A DNA stretch of 64,000 nucleotides from an uncultured Peptostreptococcaceae bacterium (GCA_964617505.1 CAZTZB010000002.1:24501-88500); one strand, 5' to 3'; shown: positions 19,944 to 30,350, numbered from the stretch's first letter. The notes: generated from the sequence alone by a model not told the origin. Numbers and translations are program-made.

Positions 19944-22562
19944 CTAATCTGCGTTTCGCGTGCCTTTGAGGAAGAGTCCATCTTCTCCAATGTCTATTTC
20001 CGCAGTCTGCCCTTCCTCTATAAGGTTTCCGATAATCATTCTCGCAACCATCGTTTCCAGATGCCTCTGCAAGAACCTTCTCATTGGTCTGGCACCAAAT
20101 TGGGTGCTGTAGCCCTCTTCCACCAGAAAGTTTTTTGCCTCATCTGTCAGAGATATTCCTATCCTCTTCTCTGCGAGACGATTCCTCAATTCCTTAAGCA
20201 TAAGCTCAAGTATATCCTTTAGTTCCTCCTTGAATAGCGGCTTAAACATTACAATCTCGTCCACCCTATTCAAAAACTCGGGTTTGAATGTACTTTGCAT
20301 AAGAGCCTCGACTCTCTTTCTTGTATCTTCATCTATCGTCCCCTTATCGTCTATTCCCTTTAAAAGCTCCTCGGAACCGACATTGGAAGTCATTATAATG
20401 ACCGAATTCTTAAAATCCACCGTTTTGCCTTTAGAATCTGTAAGCCTACCGTCATCTAGTATCTGGAGCAAGAGATTGAAAACATCGTTGTGGGCTTTTT
20501 CTATTTCGTCAAAAAGAATCACAGAATATGGTTTTCGCCTAACGGCTTCTGTTAGCTGCCCTCCCTCTTCATAACCAACATACCCGGGAGGCGCACCGAT
20601 AAGCCTGGAAACCGAGTGGCGCTCCATGTATTCGCTCATGTCAATTCTTATCATATTTTTTTCCGTATCAAAAAGTGTTTCGGTTAATGCTTTTGCCAGT
20701 TCGGTCTTTCCAACTCCGGTAGGTCCCAAGAATATGAATGATCCTATGGGCCTGCCTGGGTCCTTGATTCCAGCTCTAGACCTAATCACTGAATCAGCCA
20801 CTCTTTCGACCGCCTCGTCCTGACCTATTACCCGCTGATGAAGAATCGACCTAAGATTAAGAAGCTTTTCTCTCTCGCCCTCAACTAATTTAAGTACAGG
20901 AATCCCCGTCCACCGCGAAACAATACGCGATATTTCATCTTCCGTGACAGCCTCTCTGAGATAGGCATCAGTATCTTGCCTATCCTTGAGCCAGTCTTCG
21001 CTTTCTTTTATCTTCTTCATGAGCTCGGGCAATTTGCCATATCTCATCTGAGCCACTCTCTCAAGGTCGTAAACACGCTCAGCCTTTTCTATCTCTACAT
21101 TTAAAGCATCGAGCTCCTCTCTCAGAGCGCCAACCTGCTTTATTCCCTCTTTCTCGTTCTTCCACTTCGCATTCATAGATGCAAAGCTTTCCCTTTTTTC
21201 CGAAAGATCCCTTTGTATTATTTTCATGCGTTTCGCACTCTCTGCATCCTTTTCTCTTTTAAGGGCCGCCTCCTCTATCTCGAGTCTCATGATATCGCGC
21301 GATATCTGATCGAGTTCCGCAGGCATTGAATCTATTTCAGTCCTAATCATTGCGCATGCCTCGTCAACAAGATCGATAGCCTTGTCAGGCAAAAAACGAT
21401 CGGTAATATACCTATCCGAGAGCTTTGCGGCCGCAATCAAGGCCGAATCGTTTATTTTTACTCCGTGAAAGAGTTCATAGCGCTCCTTGAGCCCCCGCAG
21501 TATCGAAATAGTATCTTCAACATTCGGCTCATCAACCATAACCGGTTGGAAGCGCCTTTCAAGTGCAGCATCCTTCTCTATATATCTTCTGTACTCATCC
21601 AGTGTAGTTGCGCCTATGCAGTGAAGCTCGCCTCTAGCAAGCATCGGCTTTAAAATATTTCCGGCATCCATTGCACCGTCAGTCTTTCCGGCTCCGACGA
21701 TTAGATGAAGCTCATCAATAAAGAGAAGAATTTTACCTTCACTTTTCTTTATTTCATTAAGAACTGCCTTTAGCCTCTCTTCGAATTCTCCTCGAAACTT
21801 TGCTCCAGCAACAAGGGACCCCATGTCTAGAGAGAAAACCCTTTTGTCCTCAAGACCGGCAGGGATATCCTTCTTTACTATCCGGTGGGCCAAACCCTCC
21901 GCGATTGCTGTTTTACCAACGCCCGGCTCTCCTATGAGCACAGGATTATTTTTTGTTTTTCTTGAAAGTATCCTTATTACGTTTCTTATTTCTTCGTCCC
22001 TTCCTATGACCGGATCCAGTCGATTTTCCATAGCGTCCGCAACAAGGTCCCGACCGTACTTCTCAAGAGCCTCGTATGAAGATTCAGGCTGATCAGACAG
22101 AACCCGCTGATTGCCCCTAATTAGCCTAAGCTGCTTCAATACTTCCTTCTCATCAACCCCATTCCTTTTGAACACCCTTAAAAGCGCTTCCGTAGCTTTT
22201 TTTACAAGTCCAAGGAAAAGATGTTCAACCGAAACATACTCGTCCTTCATTTTATTTGCTTCATCCTGAGCTGTGTCAATCACATTATTCAATTCTTTAC
22301 CTACATAGAGCTTTCCCACCTCAAACCCAGCATCGTTTTGAACCCTTGGCTTTTGCGAAAGCAATTCTTCGGTTTCACTTTGTATCGTTCTAATGTCGGC
22401 ATTCATTTTAAGCAAGATACGAGGCACTAGACCATCCTTTTGGGTAAGAAGAGCTAATGCAAGGTGTTCCGGATACATTTCCGGATGCCCGTTTGTCTGC
22501 CTGATTTGCTCCGACATCTCTAGAGCTTCTATGGATTTTTGTGTAAACGAATTAATATTCAT
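19944..22562 (-). CDS. clpB: ATP-dependent chaperone ClpB
   Basis: Two AAA+ modules (GEPGVGKTA and GPTGVGKTE), a long middle coiled-coil and a Clp N domain. The start at [10 protein letters not shown] follows GGGGTGA SD. Confidence 0.95.
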   Translation of the reverse strand: MNINSFTQKSIEALEMSEQIRQTNGHPEMYPEHLALALLTQKDGLVPRILLKMNADIRTIQSETEELLSQKPRVQNDAGFEVGKLYVGKELNNVIDTAQDEANKMKDEYVSVEHLFLGLVKKATEALLRVFKRNGVDEKEVLKQLRLIRGNQRVLSDQPESSYEALEKYGRDLVADAMENRLDPVIGRDEEIRNVIRILSRKTKNNPVLIGEPGVGKTAIAEGLAHRIVKKDIPAGLEDKRVFSLDMGSLVAGAKFRGEFEERLKAVLNEIKKSEGKILLFIDELHLIVGAGKTDGAMDAGNILKPMLARGELHCIGATTLDEYRRYIEKDAALERRFQPVMVDEPNVEDTISILRGLKERYELFHGVKINDSALIAAAKLSDRYITDRFLPDKAIDLVDEACAMIRTEIDSMPAELDQISRDIMRLEIEEAALKREKDAESAKRMKIIQRDLSEKRESFASMNAKWKNEKEGIKQVGALREELDALNVEIEKAERVYDLERVAQMRYGKLPELMKKIKESEDWLKDRQDTDAYLREAVTEDEISRIVSRWTGIPVLKLVEGEREKLLNLRSILHQRVIGQDEAVERVADSVIRSRAGIKDPGRPIGSFIFLGPTGVGKTELAKALTETLFDTEKNMIRIDMSEYMERHSVSRLIGAPPGYVGYEEGGQLTEAVRRKPYSVILFDEIEKAHNDVFNLLLQILDDGRLTDSKGKTVDFKNSVIIMTSNVGSEELLKGIDDKGTIDEDTRKRVEALMQSTFKPEFLNRVDEIVMFKPLFKEELKDILELMLKELRNRLAEKRIGISLTDEAKNFLVEEGYSTQFGARPMRRFLQRHLETMVARMIIGNLIEEGQTAEIDIGEDGLFLKGTRNAD

Positions 22563-22576
22563 ATCAATCACCCCAT

Positions 22577-23494
22577 TTATTTTCTAAGTTCTTTCCACTC
22601 TTTAAGCAACTCTTTCTCCTTTTCGTTCAATTGATCAGGAAGACCTATTTTTATTGTTACATAAAGATTCCCTCTATCTTGGGAGCTTCCCAAGCCCTTT
22701 CCCCTTAACCTTATCTTCGTTTCCCTCTTCGTATCCGGCTTTATCTCAAAGCGCAGCTGTTCGTCAAAAAATTCCATTTCCACCGCTGCTCCAAAATACG
22801 CCTCGTATGGCATAACAAAATGGCTTGCAAACAAATCCTTTCCCTTTGCACTTAGAGATTTACTCTCCAAAAACTTGACCTTAAGCATAAGGTCATTTCC
22901 ATGACCCGAACTAGTTTTCAGAGCTTTCTTTATCCTTATACGTTCTCCATCCTGAATACCCTTTGGTATTTTGAACTTGATTTTTCTTGTTTTTTCTCCA
23001 TCCATTATTCGAATCATTTTTTCGCTTCCGTAGTAGCTGTCCCTTATTTTTATTTCTATGGTCTCTTCGCGGGCTTCCGGTGTCGGCACGGGTCTGCTTC
23101 TTGCAGATTGAAACATGTCTCCAACACCTGATCCTCTATTGACTGATTCTTGTCCCCCCTGGGAAAAACGCCCCTCTCCAAAAAACATTTCGAAAATATC
23201 CCTTAATGAATCGGAGGACGACTCTCGGCCAGTCCATCCGGGAGGCGGTTGGCTGAAGCTTTGTCCATCTCTCCATCCATTCCCAAGGGTGTCATATTTC
23301 TTCCTTTTTTCAGGATCACTCAAGGTCTCGTATGCCTCATTGACATCCTTGAATTTGCTTTCCGCATTTTTCTCTTTGCTTACATCAGGATGGTATTTTC
23401 TTGCAAGGCTTCTATAGGCCTTCTTTATTTCAACAGAATCAGCTTCCCGAGACACGCCCAAAATCTTATAGTAATCCTTATACTGAAGCGACAT
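22577..23494 (-). CDS. J-domain co-chaperone without Zn-finger (CbpA/DnaJ class II-like)
   Basis: N-terminal J domain (DYYKILGV...YHPD), a G-rich linker and C-terminal DnaJ_C repeats. It lacks the CxxCxGxG repeats. Confidence 0.85.
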   Translation of the reverse strand: MSLQYKDYYKILGVSREADSVEIKKAYRSLARKYHPDVSKEKNAESKFKDVNEAYETLSDPEKRKKYDTLGNGWRDGQSFSQPPPGWTGRESSSDSLRDIFEMFFGEGRFSQGGQESVNRGSGVGDMFQSARSRPVPTPEAREETIEIKIRDSYYGSEKMIRIMDGEKTRKIKFKIPKGIQDGERIRIKKALKTSSGHGNDLMLKVKFLESKSLSAKGKDLFASHFVMPYEAYFGAAVEMEFFDEQLRFEIKPDTKRETKIRLRGKGLGSSQDRGNLYVTIKIGLPDQLNEKEKELLKEWKELRK

Positions 23495-23507
23495 AGCTTC
23501 ACCACCT

Positions 23508-23544
23508 TTTGACTGTCCTTAACTTACTTTGACTATCTTTGACT
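23508..23544 (-). promoter_or_regulatory. CtsR operator: AGTCAAAGATAGTCAAA direct repeat plus a third AGTCAAA half-site
   Basis: Minus strand 23544-23528 reads AGTCAAA-GAT-AGTCAAA, matching the CtsR consensus (A/G)GTCAAA-NAN-(A/G)GTCAAA. A further AGTCAAA lies at 23514-23508, next to the SD. Confidence 0.72.
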
Positions 23545-23553
23545 TTATATACT

Positions 23554-23582
23554 ATTTTATACCCATTTTTTACATTTTTCAA
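23554..23582 (-). promoter_or_regulatory. SigA-type promoter of the J-protein/clpB operon
   Basis: TTGAAA, a 17-nt spacer, then TAAAAT on the minus strand, immediately upstream of the CtsR box. Confidence 0.6.
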
Positions 23583-23604
23583 GCCATTTTTTAAAAAAGG
23601 AGCA

Positions 23605-24825
23605 TCAAGCAGTTTCCTCTTCCACCCTTTCCTCTTGTATGAAAATCGTCATTGCTCTGCTTAATATTCCACTTAGGTAGGCCAGCAATACGCCATAGTT
23701 TGTCATTGCCACTCCGCATTCCTTGCAGATTCGCATGCGGCTTTGCATTGTTTTTCGATTGGTCATACATGCCCCACAATGGATAATCAAATCATATTCA
23801 TTATGATTTTCCGGAAAATCGTGTCCCATCTTGAACTCATAATTAAGATTTTTACCAAGGTGTTTGTTTAGCAAAGCCGGTATTTTTACCCTACCTATGT
23901 CCTCGCAGGAAAAATTATGGGTACAACTTTCCGCAATAAGTATTTTCGAATTTTCATCAAGCCCTTCAATTACCTTAAGTCCATCGTTAAATACCGCAAG
24001 ATCTCCCTTGTTCCTTGCAAAAATCATCGAAAATGATGTAAGCCTTATCGATGGAGGAACCATCTCGTCAACCCTCTTGAAGGCCTGTGAATCCGTTATT
24101 ACAAGATCGACCTTGTAATCGAGATCCTTAAGCGCCTCTTCGAGTTCCGTATCCCTCACCACATAGCTTTTAACCCCATGGTCAAGACAATCTCTTATGC
24201 ATTGAACCTGAGGAAGTATTATTCTGCCTTTTGGAGCTTCCGAGTCTATCGGAACAACCATCACTACAGTGCCACCATATGGAAGCAGATCCGCCACAAG
24301 GGGAGGCTCCTCCATGTTTTTTGAAATCCTTTTTGCAATCTCATCCTTCAATTTTATTATGCTGGAAAAATCCCTATCGGAAACCATAACTGCATCCGGA
24401 TATCCTTCCTTCAATTCATTTATAAGCTTCTCATCAAGAAGATCTGTTTTGTTGATGATTTTAAGAAAAGGAATATGAAAACGCTTGAAAAGAAGCTCCG
24501 CTTCCTTTTCATCTTGCATTGAAATATCACTTCCATCCATCACATACAAGGCGAAATCAGTACGCATCAGCATCTTCTTGCTTCGCTCTACACGCAGCTT
24601 TCCAAGATCTCCCTCATCGTCTATACCAGCCGTATCTATGAATATGACAGGCCCTAGCGGTATAAATTCCATAGCTTTTTTGACCGGGTCCGTAGTTGTC
24701 CCCTTTTGCTTTGAAACAAGCGCAACATCTTGTCCCACTATTGCATTTAGAAGTGAAGATTTTCCTGCGTTGCGTTTCCCAAAAAGTGTTATTGTAAGCC
24801 TGTTGGCTTCCGGTGTCGTGTTCAT
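23605..24825 (-). CDS. hydF: [FeFe]-hydrogenase H-cluster maturation GTPase HydF
   Basis: GKRNAGKSS P-loop, DTAG, NKTD, and C-terminal Cys motifs (CTH...CGAC). Its start overlaps the hydE stop. Confidence 0.9.
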   Translation of the reverse strand: MNTTPEANRLTITLFGKRNAGKSSLLNAIVGQDVALVSKQKGTTTDPVKKAMEFIPLGPVIFIDTAGIDDEGDLGKLRVERSKKMLMRTDFALYVMDGSDISMQDEKEAELLFKRFHIPFLKIINKTDLLDEKLINELKEGYPDAVMVSDRDFSSIIKLKDEIAKRISKNMEEPPLVADLLPYGGTVVMVVPIDSEAPKGRIILPQVQCIRDCLDHGVKSYVVRDTELEEALKDLDYKVDLVITDSQAFKRVDEMVPPSIRLTSFSMIFARNKGDLAVFNDGLKVIEGLDENSKILIAESCTHNFSCEDIGRVKIPALLNKHLGKNLNYEFKMGHDFPENHNEYDLIIHCGACMTNRKTMQSRMRICKECGVAMTNYGVLLAYLSGILSRAMTIFIQEERVEEETA

Positions 24826-25883
24826 TTGTTTTTCCTCCAGTCGATATGGTCTCCCCTTGACATGTCCATTTCATATCCGGCGCTTTCTATCTTTTTCCTT
24901 AAGCCCTCACTGCACTCAGCCGATTCTTCTTCCGTGCAAAGTTTGTCATTATACAGCATGTATTTTCTCCTATCCTCCATGGGTGAAAGGTTCGGCATTA
25001 CAACATTGGCTCCCGCCTTGAGTCCCCTTTCTCTGCCACTGGCATCTGCTGTCCCCAGTGCAGTCGTAGCAGGAATCAGAGCCTTCGGAACCATCAAGCG
25101 CGAAAGCGCTATCATCCTTATGGTCTTTTCAACATCCCCTCTTGGAAAATCACGAAAGGGTGTATCAACATGAGGAATGAAGGGACCTATACCGATCATG
25201 TGAGGCTGCATTTTCATAAGAAGCAACAAATCCTCCGCAAGATCATCGTCCGTCTGCCCAGGCAATCCCACCATGAATCCGGCTCCTATCTGGTAGCCTA
25301 TGCGCTCGAGGCTGTAAAGGCATTCCAAACGGCTTTTAAGATGCATATCTTCATGTACCGCGTCATATAATGCTGGCGAAGCTGTTTCATGACGAATCAA
25401 ATATCTGTCCGCTCCAGCCTCATAGTATGCCCTGTATGCTCCTTCTGATTTCTCTCCTATCGAAAGCGTTACCGCAACATCTTTAAAAGAGGCTTTTATG
25501 GCTGAAATTATATCAATCATTATCTCATCGCTATAATAATTGTCCTCTCCGCCTTGAAGCACGAATGTTCTGTATCCCATATCATAACCCTTTGAGCAAC
25601 ATTCAATGATTTCATTCTTGCTTAAGCGATATCTTTCCGCTTTTGAATTCTTGCCTCGAATACCGCAATATTTACAATTCCTTTTGCAAAAATTTGAAAA
25701 TTCTATAAGACCTCTTACAAATACTTTATTTCCATAATTATTTCTTCTTATTTCATCAGCATCGGAGATCAATATACCGGAAATTTCTTTTTCCTCTCCA
25801 GCAATCAAAGTCTTAAGCGTCTCCTTTGATGGTATATCTCCATATTTAATAGCCCTAAGCTTGATCTTCAACTGCTCTTTCAT
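24822..25883 (-). CDS. hydE: [FeFe]-hydrogenase H-cluster radical-SAM maturase HydE
   Basis: CKRNCKYC radical-SAM motif and a biotin-synthase-like architecture. It is paired with hydF. Confidence 0.9.
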   Translation of the reverse strand: MKEQLKIKLRAIKYGDIPSKETLKTLIAGEEKEISGILISDADEIRRNNYGNKVFVRGLIEFSNFCKRNCKYCGIRGKNSKAERYRLSKNEIIECCSKGYDMGYRTFVLQGGEDNYYSDEIMIDIISAIKASFKDVAVTLSIGEKSEGAYRAYYEAGADRYLIRHETASPALYDAVHEDMHLKSRLECLYSLERIGYQIGAGFMVGLPGQTDDDLAEDLLLLMKMQPHMIGIGPFIPHVDTPFRDFPRGDVEKTIRMIALSRLMVPKALIPATTALGTADASGRERGLKAGANVVMPNLSPMEDRRKYMLYNDKLCTEEESAECSEGLRKKIESAGYEMDMSRGDHIDWRKNK

Positions 25884-25899
25884 ATTTATCTCCTTAATT

Positions 25900-25927
25900 A
25901 AAAAGGCTTCCCTTTAAAAGGAAAGCC
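25900..25927 (-). terminator. Intrinsic-terminator hairpin inside the hydE leader, 17 nt before the hydE SD
   Basis: Minus strand reads GGCUUUCC-UUUUAAA-GGGAAGCC followed by UUUUUAAUUAAGGAG. Confidence 0.65.
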
Positions 25928-26056
25928 AGACAAACCAAATACAAAATTGCATATGTCTGAATCCCTTTCAAATCAGTCCACGCTTTTTTGTCAGGTTTTC
26001 ATTTATGTTTTCGGAATAAGAAAATTTTTCCCTTATCTTCCGATATATTTGTTAAT

Positions 26057-26085
26057 ATTTTATCAACATCTTTATTCTTTGTCAA
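26057..26085 (-). promoter_or_regulatory. Candidate SigA promoter ahead of the hydE leader
   Basis: TTGACA, a 17-nt spacer, then TAAAAT on the minus strand, about 170 nt upstream of the hydE ATG. Confidence 0.5.
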
Positions 26086-26094
26086 TCTTTTAAA

Positions 26095-26271
26095 TCATTC
26101 CTCAATCACACGTTTAACCGTTTTTCTTCTTTTTTTAGAAGTGTGCTTGTTTTTACCATTGTTTTCCTCATAAATTTCGTCCATGCACATCCTGCAAATT
26201 GTTTTCCCGTGGTTTGAATAACCTCTGTCATTAATTATTTCATTCCCGCAAATTTCACAAATTTTAGCCAT
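26095..26271 (-). CDS. Small zinc-ribbon protein with Lys-rich tail (58 aa)
   Basis: MAKICEICG...CRMC (CxxC...CxxC) and a basic C-terminus. I recognised no family. Confidence 0.5.
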   Translation of the reverse strand: MAKICEICGNEIINDRGYSNHGKTICRMCMDEIYEENNGKNKHTSKKRRKTVKRVIEE

Positions 26272-26478
26272 TTTTCGCCCTTTCATCTTTTTTTGGATTC
26301 ACTTTCTGATTGTTTAAATGCAAGCTTTTTCAAATGCCTTTCTATTCTCATAATATAAGCCAAGTTTTAAAAAAAATCAATATTATTTTTTCACATTTTA
26401 GGGTAAAATGTAACCGATAAATAAACTGATTGCAATTTATGCAAATAATATTACAAATTTCCTGAAAGGAGATTAAAA

Positions 26479-27483
26479 ATGAATTCCAAAAAACCATATG
26501 TAATAGCATTAACCTACAACCTTAAAGACGAATCTAATTCTATAAACGAGGACGATCAAGCGGAATTTGACTCAATCGAAACTGTCAACGCAATACAGCG
26601 CGCAATAGAAAAGACAGGATGCCAAGTCATCCCAATGGAGGCAAAACGATCGATCGTCAACGAAATTCAAAACCACCATGTTGACATGGTCTTCAATTTT
26701 GCGGAAGGTCTCAAGGGACGCGGCCGGGAATCACAAGTCCCTGCCCTTCTCAACTTTCTTTCAATACCCTTCACCGGGTCTGATGAAACAACTCTAGCAA
26801 TAGGTCTAGACAAAGCACTCTCTAAAAGAATAGCAATGACAGAAAATATAAGGACTCCTAAGTTTCAAATCTTTTTCGAATCGTCGGACATTTTAAAAAA
26901 ATCACTCGAATTTCCTCTCATAGTTAAACCCAATGCCGAAGGCTCAAGCAAGGGTATAATTGATGCCTCTATAGCATATGACGAGCAAAGCCTAAGAAAA
27001 TTAATAGACCGCATACTGTCAGTTTACAACGAACCCGTAATTGTCGAAGAGTATATACCAGGACGAGAATTTACCATCGGCCTGATTGGAAACGGCAAAT
27101 CCGTTGAGGTTCTGCCTCCAATGGAAATACTTTTCGAAAAAGATGAAAATCCATTTTATAGCTATAATGTAAAAAAACATTCTGAAACATTTATAAGCTA
27201 TGAATGCCCCGCTAAGATTGATCCAAAGCTTGAACGAAAACTCAACAAATTGGCTTTGAAAATTTTTTCATCTCTTCAATGCAGAGATGTGGCTCGCATA
27301 GACCTCCGAGTTTCCGACAAAGACGGAGAACCTTATTTCATAGAAATAAACCCTTTACCCGGACTTATCGACGGGTTTAGCGACTTGACGATAATTGCTC
27401 GTTCTGCTTCAATGGAATACGACAAGCTCATCCAAAGAATACTAAATGAAGCTTTGAAACGCTACGGAATGGAAGAACTTTAA
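26479..27483 (+). CDS. ATP-grasp enzyme of the D-alanine--D-alanine ligase family (non-canonical paralogue)
   Basis: AAAGGAGA SD. ATP-grasp strings (LIVKPNAEGSSKGI, VIVEEYIPGREFT, ARIDLR, YFIEINPLPG). The N-terminus differs from housekeeping Ddl. Confidence 0.78.
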   Translation: MNSKKPYVIALTYNLKDESNSINEDDQAEFDSIETVNAIQRAIEKTGCQVIPMEAKRSIVNEIQNHHVDMVFNFAEGLKGRGRESQVPALLNFLSIPFTGSDETTLAIGLDKALSKRIAMTENIRTPKFQIFFESSDILKKSLEFPLIVKPNAEGSSKGIIDASIAYDEQSLRKLIDRILSVYNEPVIVEEYIPGREFTIGLIGNGKSVEVLPPMEILFEKDENPFYSYNVKKHSETFISYECPAKIDPKLERKLNKLALKIFSSLQCRDVARIDLRVSDKDGEPYFIEINPLPGLIDGFSDLTIIARSASMEYDKLIQRILNEALKRYGMEEL

Positions 27484-27485
27484 AC

Positions 27486-28580
27486 CTATGCCATATTAAA
27501 ATAGTTAAATCTTTCCATAATATTCAAAACTTCTTCTATATTAACAGATTTTACCAAGCCCTTGCGTCCTATCATGTCATGGGCAGCAAAAAGAGCATTT
27601 ACAATGGCCTCCTCTACAGCCTCTACAACTGCCTCAAAAAGAGGATTTAAAGCCTCATTCTTAAGCATCTGAATATTTCTAACATGGTTTTCTCTTGCTG
27701 GAGAAGTAGCCGAAGCCTTGTAGTCATCGACGGTTTTAGCAGTGGAAAAAGCCAAAACAATTTCTCCACTTCCGTTTTCCGCAAAGGATCCGCTCTTTCC
27801 TATGCCAAAGGCGGCGCGTTTTGAAAGCCTGATAAGTTGATGGGGAAGCAAGGGTGCATCAGTGGCGATAACAACGATTATCGACCCCTCCATATGCTCC
27901 TTTGTTCCTCCTTCCTTGAGATACCTTCCTACTGGAATTCCATCTATTACAAGGTCCTTTTTGTTTCCAAAATTGCTCATGACGAGGACTCCAAGACGGT
28001 AATTCCATGGAAGCTTCCTCGAGGAGCTTCCTATGCCGGCCTTGTATGAACAGCAAACCATACCTGTTCCTCCCCCGACGGAACCCTCATCTATTCTTCC
28101 TCCGCTTGCACGTTCGATTGCATTCTTGACATTTTCCTGTCTCACATGCCTGTAGTAGGGATCATTCAGTATTCCATCGTTGCATTCGGCTACCACCGGC
28201 AAAATAACATTTCTTGTTTCTCTAATCTCAGGCAATTTCCTATACAGATAGTCCACCAAACCGTCATGTACAATCCCTACATTCATTGATGATGTAAGGG
28301 CTATTGGCGTCTCCATTATGCCCCATTCGTTTATTTGGTTCATCCCGGACATTTCTCCTGCACCGTTTATTATGTATCCTCCTGCAAAAACCTTGTTGTT
28401 GTAAATGTCCTTATTCGGCAAAATTACCGTAACCCCGGTTCTGGCAATCTTGCCGCCAATTTCGCCCTCAATTATTGTATCATGCCCCACTTTAACTCCA
28501 GAAACATCGGTAATGGAGTTATGGCGACCGGTTTTATATTTTCCGAAACGAATTCCATACTCTCTCGCTCTTTTTTCCAT
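27486..28580 (-). CDS. DmpA/S58 (P1) family aminopeptidase
   Basis: 364 aa with strings typical of the Ntn-type L-aminopeptidase/D-esterase family (GVKVGH, TGVTVIL, GGTG). AAAGGAGGGG SD. Confidence 0.82.
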   Translation of the reverse strand: MEKRAREYGIRFGKYKTGRHNSITDVSGVKVGHDTIIEGEIGGKIARTGVTVILPNKDIYNNKVFAGGYIINGAGEMSGMNQINEWGIMETPIALTSSMNVGIVHDGLVDYLYRKLPEIRETRNVILPVVAECNDGILNDPYYRHVRQENVKNAIERASGGRIDEGSVGGGTGMVCCSYKAGIGSSSRKLPWNYRLGVLVMSNFGNKKDLVIDGIPVGRYLKEGGTKEHMEGSIIVVIATDAPLLPHQLIRLSKRAAFGIGKSGSFAENGSGEIVLAFSTAKTVDDYKASATSPARENHVRNIQMLKNEALNPLFEAVVEAVEEAIVNALFAAHDMIGRKGLVKSVNIEEVLNIMERFNYFNMA

Positions 28581-28627
28581 CTCAACCCCTCCTTTCTAAA
28601 TATTGATACCCAAATTGCTTTAAAATC

Positions 28628-28651
28628 AGCCTTTTTGAAAAAAAAAAGGCT
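28628..28651 (-). terminator. Terminator after speB
   Basis: Minus strand reads AGCCUUUUU-loop-AAAAAGGCU followed by GAUUUUAAAG. Confidence 0.55.
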
Positions 28652-28656
28652 TTCGC

Positions 28657-29505
28657 CTATTTTTTTAACACTATGGCCAAAACCATTTCTCTGATTGTCT
28701 TGCATGCGGCGGCAGTACTTATTCCTGAAGAATCGTAATGCGGAGAAAGTTCCACCACATCGGCTCCCACTACATTTAAATATCTAATTTGCCTCAAAGC
28801 ATCAAGCAGCTCCTTGAAGGAAACGCCTCCCGGTTCCGGCGTTCCGGTTCCTGGGAAAACAGACGGGTCCAAAACATCCATGTCGACAGTTACATATACA
28901 GGCTTGTCTCCGATTATTTTCAAATCCTCATGGATATTTTCAAGTGAAAACTTTCTAATAAAGGTGTGTTCCTCGGCCCAATGAAATTCCTCCCGCAAAC
29001 CGGAACGAATACCGTATTGGAAAATGCGTTCGTCTCCCACCGATTCCCAGACTCGCCTCATGACCGTAGCATGGGAAAGCGACTCCCCCATGTACTCTGT
29101 CCTCAAGTCTGCATGGGCATCGAAATGGATAATGCAAAGCTCTTCATGTCTTTCGCAAACAGCCTTGACAGCCGGATAAGTGACCAGATGTTCCCCTCCA
29201 ATCATTAAGGGAATCTTGCCATCCTTTACTATTCCACTCACACAATTTTCGATCATTTCGAGCACTTTTTTCGTGTTTCCGAAGGGCAGGTCCAAATCAC
29301 CCGCGTCGTGCAGCTCATAGTCACCCATTTCTTTATCCAAATATGGACTGTAGGTCTCGAGTCCCCAGGAATCCTTCCTTATGGCCTCCGGACCAAACCT
29401 GGCTCCAGGCCTAAAGGATACTGTTCCATCAAAGGGCGCTCCAAACAATACTATTTCAGCTTTTTCATAATTTGAATCAAACCCTATAAAATCAGCCACG
29501 ACCAA
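28657..29505 (-). CDS. speB: Agmatinase
   Basis: Ureohydrolase Mn motifs (IHFDAHADL, GGEH, DMDVLDP). It is the last gene of the polyamine operon. Confidence 0.9.
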   Translation of the reverse strand: MVVADFIGFDSNYEKAEIVLFGAPFDGTVSFRPGARFGPEAIRKDSWGLETYSPYLDKEMGDYELHDAGDLDLPFGNTKKVLEMIENCVSGIVKDGKIPLMIGGEHLVTYPAVKAVCERHEELCIIHFDAHADLRTEYMGESLSHATVMRRVWESVGDERIFQYGIRSGLREEFHWAEEHTFIRKFSLENIHEDLKIIGDKPVYVTVDMDVLDPSVFPGTGTPEPGGVSFKELLDALRQIRYLNVVGADVVELSPHYDSSGISTAAACKTIREMVLAIVLKK

Positions 29506-30340
29506 TCATCGCCTTTACGTAATTGGGAAGAGCGAAAGCCCCTCTGTGCAGCTCTGTATTGTAGTATTTTGTTTTCATACCCAGTTTTTCCCATTTTGCC
29601 GAATCAAAATCATTGATCGGATGGAGTCCCTTCGATGCAAAACCGAAAAGCCAATGACCCGAAGGATAGGTTGGCATATGGTATTGGTATGCCTCTGCAA
29701 TGGGAAATATCTCTTTTATCTTTTCGTGGGCCCTAACCATTTCCCTGGCATTCTGTTCGTAATATGGGCTCTCGTTTTGATTGACGAGTATTCCTTTTTC
29801 TGTGAGAGCCGTATAACAATCCTCATAGAAGGTCTTTGTAAACAGGCCCTCTCCCGGTCCGATTGGGTCTGTTGAATCGACTATTATGAGGTCATACAAA
29901 GCTTTTTTACCTTTCACAAACTCAAGGCCGTCCTCGTAAAAAAGGCTGACCCTGGGGTCTTTCAAGCGGCAAGAGGTAATAGGCAAATGCTCAAGAGCCG
30001 CCTTAACCACCAATTCGTCTATTTCCACCATATCAATCTTATCGATTGTCTCATATCTGGATACTTCCCTTACTGTTCCTCCATCTCCTCCGCCAATCAC
30101 GAGAACGCTTCTGATTTCGGGATTAATGGCCATTGCAACGTGGCTTATCATTTCATGATAAATGAATTCATCCTTCTCTGTAAGCATAACCAGTCCATCT
30201 ATGGCCATTACTTTTCCAAATTCATATGTATCAAGAATGTCCACTTGCTGGAAATCACTCTTTTCTGAAAACAAATGTTTTTTTACCTTCATGGAGAATC
30301 TGACATTTTCAGTTTGTTCTTCCGTGTACCAAAGTTCCAT
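29492..30340 (-). CDS. speE: Spermidine synthase
   Basis: Start at MELWYTEE behind GGGGGAAG. Motifs: VLVIGGGDGG, DLIIVDSTDP. Confidence 0.9.
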   Translation of the reverse strand: MELWYTEEQTENVRFSMKVKKHLFSEKSDFQQVDILDTYEFGKVMAIDGLVMLTEKDEFIYHEMISHVAMAINPEIRSVLVIGGGDGGTVREVSRYETIDKIDMVEIDELVVKAALEHLPITSCRLKDPRVSLFYEDGLEFVKGKKALYDLIIVDSTDPIGPGEGLFTKTFYEDCYTALTEKGILVNQNESPYYEQNAREMVRAHEKIKEIFPIAEAYQYHMPTYPSGHWLFGFASKGLHPINDFDSAKWEKLGMKTKYYNTELHRGAFALPNYVKAMIGRG

Positions 30341-30350
30341 ATCTTCCCCC

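Noticed and set aside
23605-25883. hydE-hydF without hydG or a hydrogenase structural gene, considered as an anomaly
   Set aside because: H-cluster maturase genes are frequently scattered in Clostridia. Their absence from a 64-kb window is not informative.
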